From Flammeovirgaceae bacterium (GTDB taxonomy: Bacteria; Bacteroidota; Bacteroidia; Cytophagales; Cyclobacteriaceae), in assembly GCA_016709845.1 (NCBI GenBank), contig JADJMA010000014.1, positions 38,365-102,364 on the forward strand: a stretch of DNA of 64,000 nucleotides, in the 5' to 3' direction. Both the position numbers and the translations under genes were made by a program. Below are positions 9,430-20,012 of this stretch, in pieces (positions within the stretch are counted from its first letter, which is position 1; the number at the start of each line of letters is the position of its first letter). Below the pieces are notes generated by a model. The model ran no database searches. It saw only the letters and a program-made list of their open reading frames with translations, and was not told the origin of the DNA.

Positions 9430-12400
9430 TTGCCTCCGCACATGCGTAACGTAAAGCCGCTCACTTTATTGATATTTTCCATTTGCTGTGCTTTGGGTAG
9501 CCTGAGTTGGCAGTTGGCCACGGACGATACAAAAGAGAGCATTGCAAATAGAATTTCTGATAATCTATCTAAAGCATTGTATGCGTTAGAGGCAGAATCC
9601 ACCCAGATACTCAATTCTCCAAAACCCTTTAAATGGTCAGAACTCAAAGGGTCTCATTTTCTAATGGATAGTCTCCGTGTTATTGCCTGGAGTGATCCCG
9701 AATTTCTTCCGGACGCCCGACAAATACAGACTGATTTCAAGCTTAAATTAGTAAAGAATTCTAATGGAGATTTTTGCTGCGAAAGCATGTATTTGGCTCG
9801 TCTAAATTTCTGATATCCGTTTTGCCGCTTTATAAGAAATACTCCATTACAAACCGATATTTAATACCGCAGAGTAATCCGCAAGTATTTGAAAAATTTA
9901 ACATCCGGGTTTTAGACCCACTCGCCACCACGGGTATAAAAATTTATTTTGAAAACCAGGCTATTTTTGGAATAGACCTAGTCAGCGAGAATAATGGAAA
10001 AGGTACAGCGCCTTTAATCCTTGCTTTTGCATCACTGTTTTTTTTAATACTAGCCGTTATCCTTTTTCTAAAAAAGTTACATAAACAGCGGAAGTTTCAA
10101 GTCGTTTTTCTTTTAGGTGGAAGCATTTTTATTTTGCTTCGGCTGCTTATGCTTCAACTGAATTTTCCAGGCAGTTGGTACGAGACAAAAATATTTAGTC
10201 CTCAGGAATTTGCCTCCTCCTCGTTTAATGCATCGATGGGTGATTTGTTTTTAAATACTCTTGGGGTGATGATACTTTGCGGGTATGTTTTATTTACGTA
10301 TACGAAATGGCCTGTTATACGAAGTGTACTTAAAACAAAAGCTATTGCCCGTTGGGGGTGGACACTATTATTTTTACTCTTATCGATTTTCTCCTTTCTC
10401 TATCCATTTCTATTTATAGAAGTTATTTTCAATAACTCATCGATCTCCTTGGATATCACTCAGTCGCTTAGCTTTGATGTTATACGGGTGCTTTCGTTTA
10501 TATCTATTACGTTTGGTGTCATTAGTTCATTCTTCTTTACCCATGTATTCATAAGAATTTCAAAGGCACTTTCTCCTTTGTATGGAAGATTTGGAGTAGC
10601 CCTGCTAATCGCATGCGTATTGTTTATATCTTATTTTAAGATTGAATCCAGAGATTATTGGATAACGCTATGGGTAGGCATACCTTTCATTGTACTGGTT
10701 TATTTTTCCAGAATAAGCTCATCACTCAATAGGATAACGTATGTTACATTTCTCTATCTCTTTTTTGCAACGGCTACCTTTGCAACACAAGGCGCGTTAA
10801 GCATTCAGCGTTTTGTAATGAAGAAACGCGTTGAATCACAATTTAAATTTGCCAGTGGCTATTTGATTGATCGGGATGTATTGGCAGAATATTTATTAAA
10901 TGAAAGTCTAAGAAAGATTCCTACCGATGCATTTATCCAAACGCGATTAGCCAGTCCCTTTTTAAGTAAATCGGTAGTAAGGCAAAAGGTTAAGCAAATT
11001 TATCTCAATTCATATTTTGACCGCTACGATATTAAAATCTACTTATATAATTCAACGAAAGAACCCTATGACGATCAAACGCAAGTGCCATTATCAGTAC
11101 TAGAATCGGAATTAAGTAATTCAACAAATGAAACTGAGTATAAGGGATTATACTTTATTCGGTCGCAGGGCATTAAAACAGGAAAGCGATACTTTGCAAC
11201 TATACCTATAACCAGATTTGATCAGGTTATTGGCTATGTGGCCTTAGATCTTTCACTTAAGAGAATTATTCCTCAGAATGTTTATCCGGAACTTCTGGCA
11301 GATAATCGTTTTGGAGAATATTTTGAAAATCGCGATAAGAGCTTTGCCTTTTTATCTAATCATGGTATCATTAGTAGTTTTGGAAATTTTAACTACGAGC
11401 GCGATTTTGATTTTAACTTATTAAATAACCTATCCTTTTATGAAACGGGTGTTGAGTCGCATGGATTCATCCATACCGGGATTGAAGATGATTCGAATAG
11501 GGTAGCGGTGGTAACCTCCATGGATTATCCTTCCTTCTTTGTTCTCACTAATTTCTCTTTCTTTTTCATCACGGGAATGTTCGTAGCGGGCGTTGCATTA
11601 TTGGGGTATGGATTTTTCATCTGGTTTCGAGGCGGTAAAATCAATTATGCCGCCAGGATACAACTTTATATTTATATGGCGTTTGTAATTCCCTTAGTGG
11701 TAGTCACGATAACAACGCTTAATCGTACTACTCAATCAGCCGAGAACCAACTGAATCAGGATTTTAGTAACAGATCCAAGACCATTGGAGAAAACCTTGA
11801 ACCAATATTAACAAATTACTGGAAAGATCCAGCTTTGAGTCTCGAAGAGCTGGAAAATCAACTGGATAACATTGCCCGGTTTTCAAATATTGATATTTCT
11901 GTTTATGACCCCTCGGGCCGAATACTGGTAAGCAGCCAACCGGGTATTTTAGAAAATCAGCTTGCTTCGGGTTTGATGAATAGAAAAGCCTGGGAACAGA
12001 TTTTTAATGAAGGTGAGAATGCTTGAATCATGAATGAGCAAATCGGCTCACTGATTTTTAACAATTCTTACTTTGCTTTAAAGTCTACCGAATCGGGTTC
12101 TAAAATTGGCGTATTGAGCGTTCCGTTTTTTGAATCAGGATTATCCTTAGAGTCTACCCAAATAAATATCTTGGCTAATGTTCTAACAGTGTTCACCCTT
12201 ATATTCATATTATTCTCTATACTATCATTTTTTATTGTTGATTTGTTGACCTTTCCCCTACGTTTTATCACCCGTACCTTAAGTCGAACAACACTTACCG
12301 GAAATAATGAGCCACTTCAGTGGAAATCGAAAGATGAAATTGGATTGATGGTGGATGAATATAACCGGATGTTAAAAAATCTAGAACAAAGTAAGATTGA

Positions 12401-13075
12401 ATTAGCCGAAGTCAAAAGGAAAGTGCTTGGCGTGAAATTGCCCGGCAGGTAGCTCACGAAATTAAGAACCCACTTACCCCGATGAAGCTGACCTTACAGC
12501 AAATGGAGATTATTTTGATGAAAGAGGGGCTTGATAAAGAGAAATCAAAACAGTCGATTAAAACGTTGCTTACCCAAGTAGATATTCTAAATGACATAGC
12601 CTCTTCGTTTAGCACATTTGCCCGCATGCCAGCGCCTATCTTACAGAAAATTGATTTGACTACTGTAATAAGAAAAAGTGTGGATTTGTATTCGAACTAT
12701 GAGACAGGAACAGTCAGTTTAAAAGAGATGCATGAACCTGTTTTTATAATGGCAGACGAACAATTACTCCATAGAATAATTTCTAATATCATATTAAATG
12801 CTCTTCAATCTAGCAGCAAGAGAAAGGTAAATGTTGATATTGAGATTAGACTTCAACCCAATTTGGTTGAGGTCATTTTTAAAGATAATGGCGATGGCAT
12901 TGATCAGGAATTGCAGGAGAAAATATTTCTGCCCTATTTTTCCACCAAACAATCGGGCTCGGGACTTGGGCTAGCTATAGCAAAACAAGGTATTGAGCAG
13001 AGTGGGGGAGCTATTTGGTTTGAATCAATTCCTGATGGCGGAACAATTTTCACTATTCGTTTTCCTTTAGCCTAG
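9430..13075 (+). CDS. Large multi-TM sensor histidine kinase (HAMP-HisKA-HATPase), fragmented by indels and one in-frame stop
   Basis: Four consecutive ORFs; HAMP (DEIGLMVDEYN); H-box QVAHEIKNPLTPMKL read across 12440-12490; N-box NIILNALQS, DNGDGI, GSGLGL. Confidence 0.85.
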
Positions 13076-13831
13076 GCTTTTGATTGCTTGCTCTTAAGAT
13101 TTCGCATGATTTTGTTGGCGAACACAAAATCGTCTAACTCTTTACTCCCGAATCCATGATATCCTGATTGGATCCTTCCCATAGTTTATTTCCCTTTGAC
13201 AAGAACATAATTTTTTCTCCTATACCCATTACGGAGTTCATATCGTGGGTAACTACAATAGTGGTCATATCAAACTCATGTGTAATCTCCATAATCAACT
13301 CATCAATTACTGTAGCGGTCTGTGGATCGAGGCCTGAGTTTGGCTCATCACAAAAAAGATAATTGGGATTATTAACAATAGCTCGGGCAATGCCTACACG
13401 CTTTTTCATTCCGCCACTAATCTCCGAAGGCGTTTTTTATTGACACCTTCCAATCCTACCCGCTTCAAACAAAAGTTAACCTGATCAATTTTTTCATCCT
13501 CAGGCATTCGTGTCAGAATATTTAGTGGAAACATGACATTTTCTTCTACATTCTTTGAGTCAAACAACGCCCCGCCCTGAAATAACATTCCGATTTCTCT
13601 ACGGATTTCAGATTTCATTTCTTTATCCGCCTGCGTAAAATTTCGCAAATCATAATAGACAACTCCCGTGTCGGGTTGCAATAGCCCAACAATACATTTT
13701 AGAAGAACACTTTTCCCCGTACCACTTGACCCTATGATGAGATTTGTTTTTCCTTTATCAAATTCACTTGAAATCCCACTAAGGACAACTTTATCGGCAA
13801 AGGACTTTGAAATATTACTAATCTTTATCAT
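13072..13831 (-). CDS. mlaF: MlaF-type ABC transporter ATP-binding protein (frameshifted)
   Basis: Walker A GSSGTGKS, LFQGGALFDS, CDEPNSGLDP; next to mlaE. Confidence 0.85.
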
Positions 13832-13834
13832 GAA

Positions 13835-14562
13835 TTATAATAACAAATACGCTAGAAAATAGTCGGCCAACAGTACAGCTATTATACTGGTTGTTACTGC
13901 ATTGGTACTCGCGATACCGACTTCCAACGCCCCTCCTTGCGTGTAATAGCCTTTATACGATGAGATAGAACTTATCAGAAAAGCAAAACGAATGACTTGA
14001 TAAGAGCGAAGGTTATGAAGTACGGATTGAATCCATAGCGGATTCCATACACATATTCGGTGGCGGTTAATGCCTCTGTTAAACTGCCAGCGATATATCC
14101 ACCCATAATGGCACAGATAGCCGAAACAATAACCAGAAGGGGGTACATGAATAGTGAGGCAAGAATTTTAGGGAGCACCAGATAAGAGGAAGAATTTATT
14201 CCCATCACCTCCAGAGCATCAATTTGCTCTGTTATGCGCATGGTTCCAAGCCCACCGGACATGCTGGATCCAACCTTCCCCGCATATATAATCGCCATAA
14301 TAGTAGGTGCCAATTCGAGAATAGTCATTTCTCTTACTACTTCAGCAATTACAAACCGTGGTACAAACGGGCTTACCAGGTTGGCTGCGATTTGGATTGT
14401 AGTAACAGCACCCATAAATGTGGATACCAGCATGAATAGAAGAATAGATTTTACTCCAATATTTACACACTCTTCCAGCGTAAGCGTATAATACGTTTTA
14501 AATGTTTCGCGTCTTACAACCAGGGAACCTAAAAAAATTATGTACTTACCAAAACCCTTCAT
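13835..14562 (-). CDS. mlaE: MlaE-type ABC permease (frameshift near 3' end)
   Basis: LELAP, AGKVGS, MRITEQIDALEVMG motifs. Confidence 0.88.
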
Positions 14563-14589
14563 GCAGTTAAGTTCAAGTGCTATATTGCT

Positions 14590-14597
14590 CAAAGATA
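14590..14597 (-). promoter_or_regulatory. Bacteroidota sigma-A -7 element for mlaE
   Basis: TATCTTTG on minus strand matches TAnnTTTG, 27 nt upstream of ATG. Confidence 0.55.
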
Positions 14598-14609
14598 AAA
14601 TAATTTCTC

Positions 14610-15311
14610 ATGAACAAATTGATCGTTGTAACAGGTGGAACCAAAGGCATTGGCAGGGCAGTTTTAGAACGTTTTGCTTCAAATGGTTTTGATTTGGCTA
14701 CCTGTGCCCGTAAGCAGGCCGATCTTAGCGCGTTAAAATCTGATTTGGAAGAAAAGTATAAGATAAAAGTGTTTATTCAGGTAGCCGATCTGTCTGACAA
14801 AAAATCAGGTAAAAGTCTTTACAGAATTCATAGATAAACTCAATCGACCGGTGGATGTTTTGGTCAATAATTCCGGCAATTTTATCCCTGGCCAGATATT
14901 GATGAACCCGATGGAACGCTGGAAGAGATGATTGCGGGTAATGTATAGCGCGTATTATGCCACCCGTGGATTGACAGGAAAATGAAATCAAACAAGTCTG
15001 GCCATATTTTTAATATGTGTTCAATTGCCAGTATTAAGGCTTACCCTAACGGAGGTTCTTATGCAATTTCAAAATTTGCCTTGCTCGGTTTTTCCAAAGT
15101 TCTGCGAGAGGAGCTGAAAGAGCACGGTATTCGTGTAACTGCTGTTTTGCCAGGGGCAACAAAAACATCAAGTTGGGCTGCTAGTACACTGCCTGACAGT
15201 CGGTTTATAAAGCCTGAAGATGTTGCCGAGGCTATTTTCTCAGCGCATTCACTTTCCCTAAATACTGTGGTGGAAGAACTTCTTATCAGACCGCAATTGG
15301 GTGATATTTAA
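14610..15311 (+). CDS. Short-chain dehydrogenase/reductase (frameshifted)
   Basis: TGGTKGIG cofactor motif, YAISK catalytic motif. Confidence 0.88.
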
Positions 15312-15349
15312 GTTTTTAGATGATTGAACAAAAGTAGCTTTCAAAGGGT

Positions 15350-15357
15350 TATTTTTG
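15350..15357 (+). promoter_or_regulatory. -7 promoter element for ispG
   Basis: TATTTTTG just upstream of start. Confidence 0.5.
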
Positions 15358-15373
15358 TAATAAATCATACTCT

Positions 15374-17333
15374 GTGAATAGTCAGGTTCTTCAAGTAAAG
15401 CAGTATAGCGATAGTTTAACGAGGTATAGCCGCAGGAAAACCCGTGAGGTAAATGTTGGAGGCGTTCCCATGGGCGGAAATAATCCTATCCGAATCCAGT
15501 CAATGACCACTATTGACACAATGGATACAAGGGGTTCAGTTGAACAAACTATTCGATGATTGAAGCTGGGTGCGAATATGTTCGGATTACAGCCCCCAGT
15601 ATTAAAGAAGCACAAAATCTTGACGTGATTAAAAAAGAACTTCGTGCTCGAGGGTATTCAGTGCCGCTCATCGCTGATATTCACTTTACACCCAACGCAG
15701 CGGAGTTGGCTGCACGCCTTGTAGAAAAAGTACGCGTAAACCCCGGTAACTATGCCGATAAGAAGCGGTTTGAAGAGATAGAATATACCGATGCTACCTA
15801 TCAGGCTGAACTCGATCGGATCCGCCAGAAGTTTACCCCACTTGTAAAAATATGTAAGGAGTATGGCACGGCTATGCGCATCGGCACCAATCATGGTTCA
15901 TTATCCGATCGTATTATGAGCCGTTACGGAGATACGCCATTAGGTATGGTAGAGTCTGCGTTAGAATTTTTACGAATCTGCGAAGACCTGGACTACTATG
16001 ATATCGTATTATCCATGAAAGCCAGTAATCCACAGGTCATGGTGCAGGCCTATCGGCTGTTGGTTCACAAATTGGATGAAGAAAATTTTCAGCCGTATCC
16101 GTTACATCTGGGTGTTACGGAAGCAGGCGATGGGGAAGATGGCCGCATTAAATCTTCAGTAGGTATTGGCACTTTATTAGAAGATGGGCTGGGTGATACC
16201 ATTCGGGTTTCACTTACTGAAGACCCTGAGGCTGAGGTGCCAGTCGCTAAAGCGTTGGCAGATCGTTACAAGAATAGGAAAGCTTCGTATCCTATTCCGG
16301 AGATAATCAATTACCCGATAAACCCTTTTGTTTATACCCGAAGGCATACGCATGAAGTGATGAATGTAGGTGGGCATCAGGTGCCAAGAGTCATTGCGGA
16401 TTTTTCAATCAAAGATAAAATTACTCCGGCATCACTTTTCGCATTGGGTTATCAATACTCCGTTCCGTTAGATAAATGGAACATTACCGATATGGCTTGC
16501 GATTACATTTTTCTGGGCGACAAAACTATTGACTTTGATATTCCTGGAACACTGGGATTGATTTATAATCAAGCTACCTGGTTGAACCAAAAACATCAAC
16601 CGAGCAGCTATCCCTTTATCAACCCGGTTGATTATATGGCCGATGTAGAGAAATCTTTACAATTGAATTTCATCTACGCACAACTGAAAGACATTACTAA
16701 CGACCTCTTGCAAAAACTTAAGCATGATGCAACAGCGATTCTTTTGATTGATACATATAATGAGCACGGACTTGCGGAACAGCGTAGAATGTTTGTTGAC
16801 CTGATGAATGCACAATGTGATGTGCCTGTAATTATAGGAAGAGCTTATGCTGACTTAAGTACAGATCAACTCCAACTTTATGCCGCTACCGATCTTGGTG
16901 GATTATTAATTGATGGGCTGGGCGATGGTGTGTTTATTGCAGCCGAGCGATGTGGTTCTGATAAAATGGTTACTGAAACTGCATTTGGTCCTTTACGAGC
17001 CACTAGAACCAGAATTTCAAAGAACGAATATATTTCCTACCCATCTTGCGCGCGTACTCTATTTGATTTGCAGGAAACCACGCCAAAGATGAGGTCGCGT
17101 ACCAGCCACTAAAAGGAATTAAGATTGGTATTATGGGCTGCATTGTAAATGGACCGGGCGAGATGGCTGATGCTGATTATGGCTATGTAGGTTCAGGGCC
17201 GGGCAGAATTACGCTGTACAGGGGTAAAGAAGTAGTGAAGAAAAATGTGCCCACACCCCAGGCTGTTGATGCTTTAATTGATTTGATTCGCGAAGATAAA
17301 AACTGGATTGAACCACAGAACGTAAACCATTAA
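15374..17333 (+). CDS. ispG: (E)-4-hydroxy-3-methylbut-2-enyl-diphosphate synthase, long three-domain form (two frameshifts)
   Basis: [58 protein letters not shown]. Confidence 0.95.
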
Positions 17334-17337
17334 AACA

Positions 17338-17545
17338 ATGGAAAACCAAACCGAACAGGGAGAGAAAAAGAAATTGTCGTTCAAAGAATTTTTTCGATGG
17401 GCGAAGTAGGAGGTTATTTTTTTCGGAAGAAAGACCCTAACAGACCCAGCAACATCAATATTAAAATGATGATGGCATCAATAAGATTTCAATTGCCATC
17501 TTTCTAGTGGCTATACTTTATCTCATCCTAAAGCGTTTCATTTGA
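17338..17545 (+). CDS. Small membrane protein, DUF6728-like (frameshifted; absent from ORF track)
   Basis: Manual read across indels: MENQTEQGEKKKLSFKEFF...GYFFRKKDPNRPSNINIKMM.GINKISIAIFLVAILYLILKRFI; stop overlaps next start. Confidence 0.6.
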
Positions 17546-17895
17546 ACATTGAGACCTTTAGAAGTTATTGTCTATCAAAAAAGGGTGTATCTGAGGAGTT
17601 CCCGTTTGATGAGAACACCTTGGTTTTTAAAGTAATGGGTAAGATGTTCGCCCTTACCGATTTGGATAATTTTGAAAGTGTGAACCTGAAGTGCGATCCG
17701 GAAAAAGCTGTTCAACTTCGGGAAGAATTTTCTTCGGTTATGCCGGGGTATCATATGAATAAGAAGCATTGGAATACTGTTCTTATGGATTCGGGCATTT
17801 CAGATCGGCTGGTTAAAGAATGGATTGATGATTCGTATTCGTTAGTTGTGGATTCGCTGCCGAAAAGAATGAGGCAGGAATTAGATGTTTTATAG
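17542..17895 (+). CDS. MmcQ/YjbR family DNA-binding protein
   Basis: EEFPFD, FKVMGKMFAL, NLKCDPE, PGYHMNKKHWNTV. Confidence 0.92.
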   Translation: MNIETFRSYCLSKKGVSEEFPFDENTLVFKVMGKMFALTDLDNFESVNLKCDPEKAVQLREEFSSVMPGYHMNKKHWNTVLMDSGISDRLVKEWIDDSYSLVVDSLPKRMRQELDVL

Positions 17896-17992
17896 CTGGT
17901 AATCAGTAATTTACATTACCGTTTGATTTCTTATATCTTCGGATTACTTGGGTTAATTAATTATTTTTGCTGATTGTGATCATCTGTATAGA

Positions 17993-18829
17993 ATGACCAG
18001 GGCTTTACTCTTAGTTGCAACACTCTTTATGGTGCTCAGTTCGTGTACGCAGCGCCTGATTTGCCCTGCCTATCAAAGTTCTTTTATTTATGATAAACCT
18101 ACCCAGCGTGAGAAGTTTGTTTACTATAATGAAAGCACTACACAGCCTCGGGAAATCCTTGCTTCCAATAGTAAAACAATCTTATTACCACCCCGCGATT
18201 CTTCGTGGTTAAACAGCGATGCGCTTCGTGGACCTGCGTTGCCGCAGGTAAGGCGTGTAAAGAAGGATCGTTACCTATTACTTCCTGAAAAAACGTATAA
18301 GAAAGCATTGAAAGCATTGCGCACAGTTGAAATGAAACCGGTCTATCCTAAGAAAGATTCGTTGGATATTCAGAGTGAGTTAGATAGTGCTGCCCGCAGC
18401 ATTACCGATACGCTTTCATCGGAAAGCAGTACTCGAAAAGTTGAAGTGGATAGTGCCTACAAAATCACCAAGACAAAGGAAAAGTATAATTTGGATCAGG
18501 ACAGTTACATGTGGTACTTCCGCGATGTGTTGGTGCTTCCTGATGTAAGGGCTGCCATGATGGAGGAGGGAGAGGTAAGGGCTGCCAATAAAAAGTCAGC
18601 GAAAAAAGCTAAAGGCGGTTTCTTTGGTGGAATCTTTAAGAGGAAAAATAAGAAGGATTCTACAGCAGTTGAATCATTGCAAGAGCCTATAGCTCAGGAT
18701 ACAGCCCAAGCCAAACCTAAAAAGAAGGGCTTGGGTGGGTTGTTCAATAAGAAGTCAAAAGTTGGAAAAACAGATTCCTCCAAGAAGGTCGATCCGGCTA
18801 AGAAGGAAGAGGAAGACGATGGCTTTTAG
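17993..18829 (+). CDS. Hypothetical lipoprotein with Lys-rich low-complexity tail
   Basis: Lipobox LSSC then TQRLICPAY; KKxKGGFFGGIFK-type repeats; TATTTTTG at 17962-17969. Confidence 0.7.
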   Translation: MTRALLLVATLFMVLSSCTQRLICPAYQSSFIYDKPTQREKFVYYNESTTQPREILASNSKTILLPPRDSSWLNSDALRGPALPQVRRVKKDRYLLLPEKTYKKALKALRTVEMKPVYPKKDSLDIQSELDSAARSITDTLSSESSTRKVEVDSAYKITKTKEKYNLDQDSYMWYFRDVLVLPDVRAAMMEEGEVRAANKKSAKKAKGGFFGGIFKRKNKKDSTAVESLQEPIAQDTAQAKPKKKGLGGLFNKKSKVGKTDSSKKVDPAKKEEEDDGF

Positions 18830-18864
18830 GAACCACTCCAATCTATCGATACCTTAACTAAAAC

Positions 18865-18895
18865 AAAAAATGCCCTCACCAAAGGCAAGGGCATT
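18865..18895 (-). terminator. Rho-independent terminator of RRM gene
   Basis: Minus strand AATGCCCT...AGGGCATT followed by T run. Confidence 0.75.
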
Positions 18896-18916
18896 GTAAA
18901 TCTTATTTCAATCCGA

Positions 18917-19243
18917 TTAATAATCTTTGTTGAAATCGCCTCTGCGGAAGCCACCGCCACCACCACCTCGGTTGCCACCACGGCCACCGTTACCACCTTC
19001 TTCACGCGGACGGGCCTCATTAACCACTAAGTTTTTTCCCATGAAATCAGCTCCGTTTAATTCATTGACTGCATTACGACCCGCAGTGTCGTCAGCCATT
19101 TCAATAAATCCAAAGCCACGGCTACGCTGTGTAACTTTGTCCATGATGATTTTCGCAGAGCTCACTTCACCGTACTCGGCAAATAACTGCTTCAATTGTT
19201 CCTCGGATGCCTTCCAGGGAATGTTGGCTACATAAATGTTCAT
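18917..19243 (-). CDS. RRM RNA-binding protein with Gly/Arg-rich tail
   Basis: RNP2 IYVANI, RNP1 RGFGFIEM, VNEARPR, GGRGG tail. Confidence 0.95.
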   Translation of the reverse strand: MNIYVANIPWKASEEQLKQLFAEYGEVSSAKIIMDKVTQRSRGFGFIEMADDTAGRNAVNELNGADFMGKNLVVNEARPREEGGNGGRGGNRGGGGGGFRRGDFNKDY

Positions 19244-19351
19244 TTTCGTTTTGAAATTAAGTTATAAATGTTCTTGCTAACTCAATAAGGCCTGCCGATA
19301 AATAAACTCGATTGGTGGAGTACTTAGGTGGGAATTATCTAATTAACAAAC

Positions 19352-19359
19352 CAAAGGTA
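19352..19359 (-). promoter_or_regulatory. -7 promoter element for RRM gene
   Basis: TACCTTTG on minus strand, about 110 nt upstream of ATG. Confidence 0.55.
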
Positions 19360-19431
19360 ATAGTTTTTTTTAATTATCCTCAAAATGAGCCTGTAAACCA
19401 AGCTTTTATCCTTACATGACAATTCATTTTT

Positions 19432-19898
19432 TTACGATGAGCTTTCTTGTTTGAACTTTTAAGGCTTTTTAGGGCATTTTGATTGATTTTGTTCTTCAAG
19501 TAGGGAGTCCAACCAAGTAGAAGCCCGGGTAAGCCTAAGGCCATCTGGCTCCATTTCCATAGGTCAAATTCATCTTTATGGTTAAGAATCAAGCCATCTT
19601 TAAAAGTGAAACTTGCATGAATTCGATTATTTACCCTGCGACCTGTCTTCGTGAAAGAGTAGGAAGCTTGCCAATGGCACGAACACCTATCTCCGGTATT
19701 CTTGATATTTGAAAATTGCAATTCAAAATCTTTAGCATTGAGGCATAACATGTGCCACATGGCTTTAGTATCTGTTGAATTAAGATGGCGAAAGGCAGGA
19801 TCATAAAACGTTGCCTCAGCATGATAGCAACTGTTCATGGTTTGCCAATCTCGTTGCTGAAAGGCCGTGTAAAACGTATGGATTAACGCTGAGTTCAT
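19432..19898 (-). CDS. SnoaL/NTF2-like family protein
   Basis: FYTAFQQRD, CYHAEATFYDPAF, MWHML, W.A.YSF..TGRRV.N; 3' end corrected for one indel. Confidence 0.8.
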
Positions 19899-20012
19899 AT
19901 TATTTGTCCGTTGATGTAGCTATTCACCCATCAGGGCTTTTGCATAGTTTGGGTTAATTGGTAATTCTGTACTTTAGCTTTTAACCTTATGTGAAAGCTA
20001 ATTGAAAATACG

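Noticed and set aside
12024-12026. Selenocysteine or TGA recoding in the histidine kinase
   Set aside because: Single case in a non-redox protein, no SECIS-like hairpin noticed, and TGA is a normal stop elsewhere (coxA, pyk)
18927-19235. Pro-rich 102-aa ORF and the many other antisense ORFs in the track
   Set aside because: Shadow frames of well-supported genes on the opposite strand
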